Assembly (NCBI RefSeq): GCF_045862395.1 | Contig: NZ_AP023087.1 | Span: 4,282,450-4,314,449 of the forward strand | DNA length: 32,000 nucleotides | Direction: 5' to 3' | Origin: Marinicellulosiphila megalodicopiae | GTDB lineage: Bacteria; Pseudomonadota; Gammaproteobacteria; Pseudomonadales; Natronospirillaceae | Part shown: positions 7,942 to 17,544 of the stretch, one piece after another | How positions within the stretch are numbered: the stretch's first letter is position 1 | How the letters are laid out: each line of letters starts with the position of its first letter | Notes under the pieces: model-generated | Databases searched by the model: none | Seen by the model: only the letters and a program-made list of their open reading frames with translations | Told to the model about the DNA's origin: nothing | Translations under genes and position numbers: made by a program

Positions 7942-8679
7942 TTAAATATGAAATTCTTTAAAAGTTTGAGCCAATTTATTTGGATGCTCCTCTAATAAAG
8001 TAAACATTGCCTTTGCAAAATCATCAGGATAGATATCTAACTGGCCCTGATTTATGCCTTCAAATGTATTTATAGCCACACTTTGCCTTGTTGCTTTTGG
8101 CATTTGCTCACCAGGGGCTAAACGGGTATCTGTAGGTCCAGGATACACACAAACTGCTTTTATATTATCTCCAGCTAGTTCTATTCTTAATCCTTGTGTT
8201 AAAGACATCAACGCAGCTTTAGTCGCACTGTAAGGCCCTAATGATGGGAAGTTACTTAAGGCGGCAATGGACGCAATATTAATAATAAACGCTTGCTTAG
8301 ACTGTTTGAGCAGTGGTAAACATTGATGAATTATTTTAAGCGGCCCAAAATAATGGGTGTCCATTTCTAACTTAGCTATTTCAACTGCATTTGGGGCAGT
8401 ATTAAAACAACCATTTGCTATACCTGCATTATTAATTAGCACATCTAAAGATTCGATCTTTTGAGTTAGACTTTGGATATCGCTATCATCAAGCACATCT
8501 AATTTAATAGCTTTGATTATTTCTGGATTAAGTGCAACTACTTCCTCTAATGCATTTTTATCACGCCCGGCCGCATAAATTGTACTTGCCCCGTTTGCCA
8601 ATAATGCTTCTATAAACCCCAAACCTATCCCGCGATTTGCCCCAGTCACCAATACCGACTTACCTTTTAAATTAAACAT
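7942..8679 (-). CDS. Short-chain dehydrogenase/reductase family oxidoreductase (245 aa)
   Basis: TGANRGIG, NNAG, S..(12)..YSATK motifs. Confidence 0.95.
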   Translation of the reverse strand: MFNLKGKSVLVTGANRGIGLGFIEALLANGASTIYAAGRDKNALEEVVALNPEIIKAIKLDVLDDSDIQSLTQKIESLDVLINNAGIANGCFNTAPNAVEIAKLEMDTHYFGPLKIIHQCLPLLKQSKQAFIINIASIAALSNFPSLGPYSATKAALMSLTQGLRIELAGDNIKAVCVYPGPTDTRLAPGEQMPKATRQSVAINTFEGINQGQLDIYPDDFAKAMFTLLEEHPNKLAQTFKEFHI

Positions 8680-8859
8680 ATTTACCTCTTTTATCTATAT
8701 GTATTGCATTCGTTTATCAGTAATTTGATAAACAGCTTTCTCGATAAACAACTTTCTCGATAAAAAGCAGTTTTATTTATTCATGATCAATTGACAATAT
8801 AGCAAAATGGAATAACATTTATCCACCTTGCAAATAAATCAACCTTATAAGGCATTTAA

Positions 8860-9765
8860 ATGGATCAGAAGCAGTTATTCCCAATGATGAATGCATTTAT
8901 TGCAGTTGCTACGATTGGCAGTTTTTCTCAAGCAGCCAAGCAACTCGGTTCATCGCAACCTTCTATATCTCGATTAGTTAATGATTTAGAAGCACATTTA
9001 GGTGTGCGCTTATTGCAACGTAGCACCCGAAAGTTAAGCCTTACTGAAGCTGGTACTATTTATTTTGAAAAGGCCCATAAAATTCAACAGGATATTCTAG
9101 ATGCCCAGCAATCGGTCAACGCATTTAAACAAACCCCTTCGGGACTATTAAGAATAGGTGCACCATTGCATTGGATTGATTTAATGATTGCCCCCTATTT
9201 GGCCGAATTTTTACAGCGCTATACTCAAATCAAACTTGAAATCATTGCAACGGATCAGCATCAAGATATTGTACAAGACAGCCTTGACGTGGTTTTGCGT
9301 GTCGGCGATCCTAAACATTCAACCTATATTGCTGTTGCCATTAAACCTGTAAAGCTTACATTGTGCGCAAGTGCCAAATACCTTAATAGATTCGGCACAC
9401 CCAAGAGCATCACTGAGCTGACTCAACACAATTGCTTAATTTATAATAAGTTAAATGAATGGCAATCATTAACAAACAACCAATTAACTCAAATAAAAGC
9501 ACAGGGTAATTTAGATTCAAATTTAGTCACTGTTTTAATTTCATCTGCGATACAGGGTATGGGAGTCACGCTATTGCCAAACCTACTTTTAAAATCATAT
9601 TTTGATTCAAATGAATTAATTGAAGTACTTCCAAATGAAAATTGGTCAATTAAACACGCAACGGTAGAAAACGTTTACGCTTTATATTCCGATCGAAATC
9701 ACCTTGCGGCCAAAACCCGTGCATTTATTGATTTTTTTAAACAAAAAATTCAAGATGATTTTTAG
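8860..9765 (+). CDS. LysR family transcriptional regulator (301 aa)
   Basis: N-terminal HTH FIAVATIGSFSQAAKQLGSSQPSISRLVNDLEAHLGVRLLQRSTRKLSLTEAG; divergent from the SDR gene. Confidence 0.95.
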   Translation: MDQKQLFPMMNAFIAVATIGSFSQAAKQLGSSQPSISRLVNDLEAHLGVRLLQRSTRKLSLTEAGTIYFEKAHKIQQDILDAQQSVNAFKQTPSGLLRIGAPLHWIDLMIAPYLAEFLQRYTQIKLEIIATDQHQDIVQDSLDVVLRVGDPKHSTYIAVAIKPVKLTLCASAKYLNRFGTPKSITELTQHNCLIYNKLNEWQSLTNNQLTQIKAQGNLDSNLVTVLISSAIQGMGVTLLPNLLLKSYFDSNELIEVLPNENWSIKHATVENVYALYSDRNHLAAKTRAFIDFFKQKIQDDF

Positions 9766-9839
9766 AAAAACTCTATTAACCAATCTTTAAATTACTGTTA
9801 CACTCAGTGTTTATAGGGTAATTACAATAAAAATTATAA

Positions 9840-10922
9840 ATGGGAATCACTATGTTTAATATCACTAAAAACAAGCAGCCTCACTTGCTCAACCAATATA
9901 AAACGCATCTTAGTGCATTACTAGATCGTACACTACTTCGAACAGACTTAAGTGACACGCAAAAAGAATTATTAATAGAGTTATGCAAAACATTAGACAA
10001 CGCAAATAACTGGCAAGTCGCTTACGATATTGAACTGCAAATAATCGAACATTTAGATGAAGATGAACTCCAAGCTTGTTGGTCTAGAAAACTGGCTGAC
10101 AAAGAAGATTTAACAGAATCATTGCAAAAATTTTATAAAACGCAAAGTGAATTGAAATTAGAAGGATCGAAGCTTAAATCCATGCTTGCTAAATTAGTTT
10201 GCGATTTGCAGTGGCGCTTTGAGGTAATTAGAGTGCGCTCTAATTTTGCAGCAAGAACTCGTTTTTTAATTGCCTGTATGTTTTTACTGTCCTTTTTTAT
10301 TTTCTTCACTCCAACATTAACAAACACATTTTTAAATATAGAATTATTTAAAGATAACTTACGTTTGTATTATTTATTTACAGCGGCAAGTGCTGGATTA
10401 TTAGGCGCCTCTTTTTCACAGCTCACATCAATGCGGACCAATTTATCACATGCCACAATCGAACAAATTCGAACCATGAGCCATTTTAGTTATGTGGTAG
10501 CAAGGGGGGTAATTGGTGCAGGGGCAGGATTAATTATGTTTTACATTATTCAATCTGGTTTATTTGATTCAGTAATTTTCCCCAAATTTATTGTAGACCA
10601 AAGTCAACTATTAGATATTTTACAAACTCAACAGGCCGAGCAAACTCGCTTTACTGAAGCTGGTGGAAAATTACCTATGGTGGCGCACGACGTGATGAAT
10701 GCTAAAACAAAAATGTTGGAAAGTTCGAAAACCGTTCAAGTAATGGCAACAGCTCACAGCAATGAGAACCTTTTGCAAGTAGGCAGTTTGCAAAAACCGT
10801 CTCAAGGTATTTCTCTTTTAATAGTTTGGTGTATTGTTGCCGGTTTCTCTGAAAAATTAATTCCTGGTTTATTAAACAATGCAGAAAAAAAAGCATTAGC
10901 AGAATCGGAAAAAGCTAATTAA
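9840..10922 (+). CDS. Hypothetical membrane protein (360 aa; start may be the inner ATG at 9852)
   Basis: ORF track; hydrophobic segments FLIACMFLLSFFIFF, YYLFTAASAGLLGASF, VIGAGAGLIMFYIIQ; cytosolic N-terminal helical region. Confidence 0.7.
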   Translation: MGITMFNITKNKQPHLLNQYKTHLSALLDRTLLRTDLSDTQKELLIELCKTLDNANNWQVAYDIELQIIEHLDEDELQACWSRKLADKEDLTESLQKFYKTQSELKLEGSKLKSMLAKLVCDLQWRFEVIRVRSNFAARTRFLIACMFLLSFFIFFTPTLTNTFLNIELFKDNLRLYYLFTAASAGLLGASFSQLTSMRTNLSHATIEQIRTMSHFSYVVARGVIGAGAGLIMFYIIQSGLFDSVIFPKFIVDQSQLLDILQTQQAEQTRFTEAGGKLPMVAHDVMNAKTKMLESSKTVQVMATAHSNENLLQVGSLQKPSQGISLLIVWCIVAGFSEKLIPGLLNNAEKKALAESEKAN

Positions 10923-10945
10923 TATTCAACTATCAAATATTTAAG

Positions 10946-10990
10946 AACCAAAAATTAAATAACCAAAAATTAAAGAACCGAAAATTAAAA
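10946..10990. repeat. Three exact-period 15-bp units (AACCAAAAATTAAAT / AACCAAAAATTAAAG / AACCGAAAATTAAAA)
   Basis: Read directly. Confidence 0.9.
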
Positions 10991-11020
10991 AGCCCAAACT
11001 TTAAAAGTCTGGGCTTTTTT
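10987..11020. terminator. Bidirectional rho-independent terminator between convergent genes
   Basis: AAAAAGCCCA-AACTTTAAAAGTC-TGGGCTTTTTT. Confidence 0.85.
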
Positions 11021-11024
11021 GGGT

Positions 11025-11600
11025 TTATGGCCAATTACGAATAATAATTTCCTCTATTATTAAATTGGCTGATTGTTGTTTATATGTAGCCCTAATTTTA
11101 TCTTTAAGTTTATGTTTTGCTTGCAGATAGTATAATGAGTCTGCTTGTAATAATTGTTTTTGTAATTCATCCAACTGGTTATTCACGCTTTTTTTAGCCT
11201 CATCAAACATTCTTGCGTTTCGTTCATCGTTGGTTGCATCTAATTGTTTTTGTTCAATTAAGGTTGCCTCATGTTTGGTTAGCATTATCTCAGGTGCGTC
11301 CAAATAAATTGTATTGTTTTTATATTCGCTATTAAAATTCCAATCTTTTGCATCAACTGACATTTCAAACTCTAAACTCCATTTGTATTGAACAATGCCT
11401 TTTCCAAGGCCCAGCCCTTTAGTATCTTTAATCGTGTCATTAAATAAAATATCAAATTCAATCAGGTTAAGCGTTTGAATTTGATTAATAGTGTTTGGAT
11501 CAAAATATTTTGAACTGACTTGTTTGGGAATATTTGCACCGATGATCATGCCGATTTCAATAATTAAAATTAAAAATACAACTTTCAAAAAATTATTCAT
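11025..11600 (-). CDS. Hypothetical membrane-anchored protein (191 aa), end of the diheme/P450 cluster; DUF4230-like at low confidence
   Basis: ORF track; N-terminal hydrophobic anchor FLKVVFLILIIEIGMIIG; overlaps the upstream gene by 8 bp. Confidence 0.6.
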   Translation of the reverse strand: MNNFLKVVFLILIIEIGMIIGANIPKQVSSKYFDPNTINQIQTLNLIEFDILFNDTIKDTKGLGLGKGIVQYKWSLEFEMSVDAKDWNFNSEYKNNTIYLDAPEIMLTKHEATLIEQKQLDATNDERNARMFDEAKKSVNNQLDELQKQLLQADSLYYLQAKHKLKDKIRATYKQQSANLIIEEIIIRNWP

Positions 11601-12240
11601 GATCGTGATCCTTTGCTTCTAAACCTTGCTCTGTATCTTGAAGGCTTTGCTCATCTTTAGTGAATCGTTTTACTACAAAATACACAATGGTCGATACAAT
11701 CATTACCGCCACAACATACGAAGTTAATATTTCAAATGCAGACACTGTAAAATTCAAACCTTTTGAAGCACCTAATAAAACAGGAAAACCCCAAGACACT
11801 AATGACACAGACCCAATTAATGTCATGATTATTTTTTGCTTATGGGTAATTGAATAGAATAATGTTTTCCCTTCATTATTATTTAATATCGGCAAAATAA
11901 ATCGATGCAATAAATAGCCATTAAATGACAACACAACCACAATGCTCACCTTTGACCACACTTTTGGATTTAGGACATTTTCAGGTTCAAAAATAGAATA
12001 ATGAATGATAAACCCAAGACCCGTTACCCATAAGATACACAAACCAATCGTGACTAGATTTGTTAAAAAATGCACCAATTTTAATTTTTCACTGCTTATC
12101 GGTTCAAATTGCAAAAATCGGATAATGATTAAATCGGATATCCAAGCACCACCCGCTCCAAAAGCCAGCCCAATAAAATGAAAAATAATTAATAATGTTT
12201 TGATATCTAATGCTTCGAAAATATTCACTGTATTAACCAC
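11593..12240 (-). CDS. Integral membrane protein (215 aa), probably four or five transmembrane helices
   Basis: LLIIFHFIGLAFGAGGAW, NLVTIGLCILWVTGLGFII, VSIVVVLSFNGYLLHRF, IMTLIGSVSLVSWGFPVLLG, YVVAVMIVSTIVYFVV. Confidence 0.7.
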   Translation of the reverse strand: MVNTVNIFEALDIKTLLIIFHFIGLAFGAGGAWISDLIIIRFLQFEPISSEKLKLVHFLTNLVTIGLCILWVTGLGFIIHYSIFEPENVLNPKVWSKVSIVVVLSFNGYLLHRFILPILNNNEGKTLFYSITHKQKIIMTLIGSVSLVSWGFPVLLGASKGLNFTVSAFEILTSYVVAVMIVSTIVYFVVKRFTKDEQSLQDTEQGLEAKDHDHE

Positions 12241-12466
12241 TGTTAAACGATAATAATCTCAATACTACGCAATCACTTAAAAATTACCAGAGCAAGTTTG
12301 TTGCTATTTTATTGAATTTTGACGAGTTTCAAATTGACATCATTCTTTCAGGCATAAAAAAACGGATTAAGATCACTCTTAACCCGTCATTTAAAAATAA
12401 AATCCTTTTATTGCTTTCTCACCTTAAAGAAACTGTTTGACTCATTAAATAAATCAGGCGCTTATT

Positions 12467-14302
12467 CTACAACGTTTTTAGATACTCAAGCAATGCCCAA
12501 ACACTTTGTTTATCATCACTCCAATCTAATTTATAAGTTTTACCATCTAAAGTAATGTCTTTATCATGTCCTGCATTACTAATTGATGGAGAACTTTGGG
12601 TATCAAATACATACCCTTCTTGTTCATCCCAATTATCCAATTCCCACTTAAACCCTACTAATTGAGTGTCGAAATCTAATTGGCTTTTTACAAATACATC
12701 AGGACGCTCATTTGGCACTAGCATATGATAAAGCGTAGGCACTGAACCATTATGCAAATAAGGCGCTTGCGCCCAAAGCCCAGGAAACGGCAATGCGTTA
12801 TATCCATTTTGCACTCTTGGTGGCAACATGACCTGTTTACTTTGCCCAACTAACGAAACCCCTTTATATTCTGCACAAGGCTGAACTTGCTTTCCTTCCA
12901 TTTCAATGGTGGTAGTTGGAGAACAATTTGCGTCACCTGCAAAACTTGCTTGCGCGCCGACTGTAATCACAGTGCCTGCCACTTTTGCACGCCCCATATC
13001 AGTTCCCATAATCGAATATACACGACCATTATTTGGTTGATGACAATCCGCACAGTTATCTTTGAATAATTGCTGTCCTGTTTTTGCTAGATCCACATCA
13101 ACGTCAAATGGATAAATAGCAGGTGGTAGTTTTTGCAATACTTTTTCAGCATGGGCTGAAACACTGATATCAATATTATCAAATCCTAGTGTAATTTGAG
13201 CAGCAATGTTTTTATACATTGGTAACGGGATATGACCATTCCATTGACCGCCACCATTTATTAATCGTGTTTCATCTTCATTCCAAACTGGATCGTGAGA
13301 GTCTTGATCCCATACAACCATTATGTCTGTCACACCATGACTGGCTGGCATAACTAATGGTGCAATTAACTTAGTTGTCATCTTTTCATCAAAGGTTTGA
13401 AATGCTGTGGCCGCATTAAACCCAATGGCATCTTCCATGCCGGCGAATCCAGAATTAATTCTATCTTTAATATTTGGATACAGTTTTTCGGTTAATGTCA
13501 CCCAACTTGCATACACGTTTTCTTGGTGTGTCACAAATTCAGCGATAATATCTGTCGCATCATTTTTAAATAATTGAATTTGAGCTGCCTCATAATTTGC
13601 ATCAAATACTCTTCCGTCGTATTGATAATTATTGTAAAAATAATTTGGATCTTGAGCCTCTACTTTATCTAGCGCGGTTAAAAATGCATCCACTACTAAT
13701 TGTTTTTTGGCAGACTCGTCAGTTTCATTGCCATAAATTTTATTTAAAGATTGGACAATACGCTCCCGATAACCAATCACGTTAAATTCAGAATTGATAC
13801 CGCCATCTAAATATTCAAACTCACCACTTGGTAATCTAACTCGACCAATATGACACCCTCCACAGGTAAACGAGGCGTAATCAATATCTGCAGTTAAATC
13901 TTTTCTCACTAAACCAGTAAAGCCAATTCCACGTGGAAATGGATACCCTACTAAGCGCTCATCATGAAACAATCCCATAACCGATAAAAAATTATCTTCA
14001 TCACCCCAATATTCAGGTGCAACTTCAGGCAATAATTTTAAGACAATCAAGGGAATACCATTGGTTTCGCTCACTGGAAAGTTTGCAAAATGATCATAGT
14101 TTACTTGGAATGTATCAATATGATCGGCAATATCCGCACGACGCTTTGCTTGAGCAAGCACCCAATCTTTAGGTACTGGTTTTACATAAGTGGATTTAGG
14201 TGCTTCTAACCGACTATCAAATAAACCACTTACTTTACCGTAAGCGAGTAATCCAATAATAGGCAATACAACAGCCGAAATTTTAAACAGAGGGTGATTC
14301 AT
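12467..14302 (-). CDS. Diheme c-type cytochrome (611 aa), RoxA/MauG-like superfamily, paralog A
   Basis: Two CxxCH motifs (FTCGGCHIGR, DNCADCHQPNNG); C-terminal GLWAQAPYLHNGSVPTLYHML...ALLEYLKTL; single N-terminal hydrophobic anchor. Confidence 0.85.
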   Translation of the reverse strand: MNHPLFKISAVVLPIIGLLAYGKVSGLFDSRLEAPKSTYVKPVPKDWVLAQAKRRADIADHIDTFQVNYDHFANFPVSETNGIPLIVLKLLPEVAPEYWGDEDNFLSVMGLFHDERLVGYPFPRGIGFTGLVRKDLTADIDYASFTCGGCHIGRVRLPSGEFEYLDGGINSEFNVIGYRERIVQSLNKIYGNETDESAKKQLVVDAFLTALDKVEAQDPNYFYNNYQYDGRVFDANYEAAQIQLFKNDATDIIAEFVTHQENVYASWVTLTEKLYPNIKDRINSGFAGMEDAIGFNAATAFQTFDEKMTTKLIAPLVMPASHGVTDIMVVWDQDSHDPVWNEDETRLINGGGQWNGHIPLPMYKNIAAQITLGFDNIDISVSAHAEKVLQKLPPAIYPFDVDVDLAKTGQQLFKDNCADCHQPNNGRVYSIMGTDMGRAKVAGTVITVGAQASFAGDANCSPTTTIEMEGKQVQPCAEYKGVSLVGQSKQVMLPPRVQNGYNALPFPGLWAQAPYLHNGSVPTLYHMLVPNERPDVFVKSQLDFDTQLVGFKWELDNWDEQEGYVFDTQSSPSISNAGHDKDITLDGKTYKLDWSDDKQSVWALLEYLKTL

Positions 14303-14312
14303 AATTTATACC

Positions 14313-16136
14313 TTAAAGTGTTTTTAAATATTCAATAATAGCCATTGCACCTGGCTTATCATCGGACCAATTTAATTTGTATTCAATACCATTTTCATTC
14401 ACATCTTGGTCGTGACCTTTATTTGAAAATGTTTCAAAACTTTTTGTATCAAAAACATAACTATGCTCTGCTGATACGGTTTGATGATTGTCTTGTACCC
14501 ACTGATAGCCTAAATATGTTTGATCATAGGTTAACTGACTTTTGATAAACGTAGTTGGTCGCTCATTAGGCACTAATAAATGATAAATAGTTGGCACCGA
14601 TCCGTTATGTAAATATGGAGCTTGAGCCCAAATTCCACTTAATGGTCTTGCGTTATAACCATGATGTTGATTATTAGGTGACATAATTAAATCTTCTTTT
14701 CCTTCTAAAGACACGCCACCAAATTGCGCACAGGGTTTCACTTGTTCACCATATAACTCAACCTTTGTTTGAGTAGAACATTCTTTAAAAAAACCACTGA
14801 TGCCGCCTTTTCTAATTAATGTATTTACAACATAACTACGGTCAAGATTCACACCAAGGTTACTATAAACCTTACCGTTAAATGGTTGATGACATTGCGC
14901 ACAGTTGTCTGCAAATAATGCTTCGCCTTTTTTAGCAAGTTCAACATTCACATCAAATGGATACACAGACGCAGGAAGTTTATCCAATAATTCGACAGAA
15001 AATGCAGACACTCTTAAATCATTATCATCTAAGCCAATTGTTAACTGTGCCGCCATATTACGATACATAGGAATAGGGATATTACCATTGTATTGCCCGC
15101 CACCATTAATTAACGTTTGATGAGAATTATCCCAATGCGCTTTTCTTTCATCTTGGCGCCATACAGTCATAAAATCCGTTATACCTGGAGAGCTCGGTAA
15201 AATGTGTTTGGAAAATAATTTTCCAAAAAAAGTCGAATGGGCATCATTATATGAATTAACTGTAAATATTCCGGTTGCATCTGCCATGCCGGGAAACCCT
15301 TCTAAAGAACGTGTCTGGAATCCCTTGTAATTTTTATCTAGTAACGCAGCATAACCGGTATAATCTTGCGTGGTAGTTTTATAAAAATCACCAATTAACG
15401 ATCCAGATTTCTCAATAAAAAGTTTAATTTGATTTTTTTCATATGCCAAATCAAAGTTAACTACATCATTTTTATATTCATTATAAAAGTAACTATCACT
15501 TACGGATATTGCTTTTTCAAGTGCTGTTAAAAATGCATTTTCTAGTAATTGTTGCTGTTTAATCGGATCAGATTCATCTCCTATTATTTTTTGAAGGGTT
15601 TGATAAGTTTTCACTCGATAAGCAACAATATTAAATTCAGTATTCACGCCGCCATCAATATAATGAATTTTATTATTTTGATCTATCACGCGCCCAATAT
15701 GACAAGCGCCACAAGTAAAGGATGTATAATCTATTTTGCCCATAGGCTCAATTCTAGCTAAGCCACTTATTCCTATACCACGAGCTATTGGATAATTTTC
15801 CTGCCTTGTATCTTTAAATAACCCTACGACATCTAAAAAGTTTTCTTCACTGCCCCATAATTCTGGTGCAATAATAGGTAATAATTTTAAAATAATGAAA
15901 GGTGTTCCATCTGTTTGGCTAAAAGCATAATCGGCAAACCAATCAAATGCTTCTTGATTATCTGCAATATATGATTCTTTTTGCTGTATTTTTTGTTGCT
16001 GAAATTCAGACCAATTTTGTGTAACAGGTATTACAAATGGTTTACCTGTTGGGGATGCTAATTGTTTTGTGGGAATTGCTTTATATATTGTGATGCCTAC
16101 CAATAAAAACATGGCAATTAATAATATTTTTTTCAT
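14313..16136 (-). CDS. Diheme c-type cytochrome (607 aa), close paralog of the 611-aa protein
   Basis: FTCGACHIGR, DNCAQCHQPFNG, GIWAQAPYLHNGSVPTIYHLL...AIIEYLKTL; 10 bp from the next gene. Confidence 0.85.
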   Translation of the reverse strand: MKKILLIAMFLLVGITIYKAIPTKQLASPTGKPFVIPVTQNWSEFQQQKIQQKESYIADNQEAFDWFADYAFSQTDGTPFIILKLLPIIAPELWGSEENFLDVVGLFKDTRQENYPIARGIGISGLARIEPMGKIDYTSFTCGACHIGRVIDQNNKIHYIDGGVNTEFNIVAYRVKTYQTLQKIIGDESDPIKQQQLLENAFLTALEKAISVSDSYFYNEYKNDVVNFDLAYEKNQIKLFIEKSGSLIGDFYKTTTQDYTGYAALLDKNYKGFQTRSLEGFPGMADATGIFTVNSYNDAHSTFFGKLFSKHILPSSPGITDFMTVWRQDERKAHWDNSHQTLINGGGQYNGNIPIPMYRNMAAQLTIGLDDNDLRVSAFSVELLDKLPASVYPFDVNVELAKKGEALFADNCAQCHQPFNGKVYSNLGVNLDRSYVVNTLIRKGGISGFFKECSTQTKVELYGEQVKPCAQFGGVSLEGKEDLIMSPNNQHHGYNARPLSGIWAQAPYLHNGSVPTIYHLLVPNERPTTFIKSQLTYDQTYLGYQWVQDNHQTVSAEHSYVFDTKSFETFSNKGHDQDVNENGIEYKLNWSDDKPGAMAIIEYLKTL

Positions 16137-16168
16137 TTTATTTTTCTTATCGTTATTATTAAATAAAA

Positions 16169-16190
16169 AAGCCTCTCATAAGAAAGGCTT
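16169..16190 (-). terminator. Intra-cluster terminator or attenuator after the P450 gene
   Basis: Reverse strand AAGCCTTTCTTATGAGAGGCTTTTTTATTT: stem plus T-tract between 16203 and 16136. Confidence 0.65.
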
Positions 16191-16202
16191 AATAGGGTTA
16201 TC

Positions 16203-17534
16203 CTATTTCCATTTTAATTTGTAATCTTCTGGGAAAGGCCCATCTTTATAATCCATCTCAGATGCAGATTGAATATCTTTTCGCATTAAAACCTGCTTTA
16301 CCATTTCAGGAATCATTGCCATTCCTATGTATTTACCCACACAGTCGTGAGATGCAAATCCATAGTTAAAATTATGATACCAATTACGATTTGCATTAAA
16401 TTCTTCAGGATTTTCATAAGAATAATCATCAAACATTGCAGACTGAGTTAACGTTAAAACATTGGTTCCTGATGGAATTTTTGTTTCACGATCCGTGCCT
16501 TTTGCTATGGTGTAATCCATTGATGTTTGACGAAATAGATATGGGCTAATCGGTACAAATCGTAAAGCCTCCCAGACCATCGCATCAATTTTATCTGTAT
16601 TAGAATCAAGAGATGCCGCTTTGGCTTGTTCAAATAATTCAGGACGTTCAATAAAAAAGTTAATCACTTGCGCAACGGCTTGTGAGGTAGTTTCTACGGC
16701 ACCAATTAATAAGCCACCAGCGTTTGTACCAATACGCGTTAATGGAAAATCAACTTGAGGAGCGAATGAGCTACGCAACATACGTTTTACAATATCATCT
16801 TTAAATTCATATGCTGGCTTTTTAGCGATGGCTCTAAATATATTTAAAACTTGTACAGCACGACCCAATAACCGATCTTTGATTTGTACCGTTAGAATTT
16901 TACGAATCATTAACACAGTAACATAATCGACTAATTCTTTAGAACACTGTGCATGAATGTCTACAATTTCATCAAATCGCTCTTTAGAATTTAAGTCAAA
17001 TGGCTGATTATGGAATGTATTATATTGATTCCAATATGACCATTTTAATAATTTTTTACGACTAATTCCGTCCAAACCAAAATATTCTTGAACTAATATC
17101 GCAGGAACCATACGACAATATTCATTTACAATTTCAATTTCTCCGTCGGCATCATCCAAAATTTTCTTAGATGAATCACGAATTAATTTTCTAATTCTTG
17201 GAATATCTTCGCGATTTAACATACCTTGCATAATTGATTTTTCACGATAATGTAGCGCATCATCATCGTGTGCCATTAAATATCCAGGTTCAGTATCAGT
17301 GACACCCATCTTTGGTTTATATAACGCGTTGGTAAAAATCGTCGGCATTTGTAATGCATCACGAACATCTGTAAATAATGCAAGTAACGTACATTCAGGC
17401 GTCACCAATACTGGACGTTCCTCTCGTAACTGTTTAAAAAATGGAAGCGGTTCATCATGCATCCATTTTTTCACTAATGGAAATTTGTCCGCATCAGCAG
17501 CGGCATCAAATAACTCAAGATAATTTGTAGTCAT
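16203..17534 (-). CDS. Cytochrome P450 (443 aa) with variant heme-binding loop
   Basis: I-helix LLIGAVETTSQAV, EALR (ExxR), NPEEFNANR, Cys-ligand loop YGFASHDCVGKYIG. Confidence 0.85.
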   Translation of the reverse strand: MTTNYLELFDAAADADKFPLVKKWMHDEPLPFFKQLREERPVLVTPECTLLALFTDVRDALQMPTIFTNALYKPKMGVTDTEPGYLMAHDDDALHYREKSIMQGMLNREDIPRIRKLIRDSSKKILDDADGEIEIVNEYCRMVPAILVQEYFGLDGISRKKLLKWSYWNQYNTFHNQPFDLNSKERFDEIVDIHAQCSKELVDYVTVLMIRKILTVQIKDRLLGRAVQVLNIFRAIAKKPAYEFKDDIVKRMLRSSFAPQVDFPLTRIGTNAGGLLIGAVETTSQAVAQVINFFIERPELFEQAKAASLDSNTDKIDAMVWEALRFVPISPYLFRQTSMDYTIAKGTDRETKIPSGTNVLTLTQSAMFDDYSYENPEEFNANRNWYHNFNYGFASHDCVGKYIGMAMIPEMVKQVLMRKDIQSASEMDYKDGPFPEDYKLKWK

Positions 17535-17544
17535 GATTCACCCC

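Noticed and set aside
12887-13785. ORFs 12887..13069 + and 13597..13785 +
   Set aside because: Antisense shadows of the diheme cytochrome gene; no independent support.
14345-15761. ORFs 14345..14545 +, 14905..15120 +, 15549..15761 +
   Set aside because: Antisense to the 607-aa diheme cytochrome gene.
17299-17523. ORF 17299..17523 +
   Set aside because: Antisense to the P450 gene.
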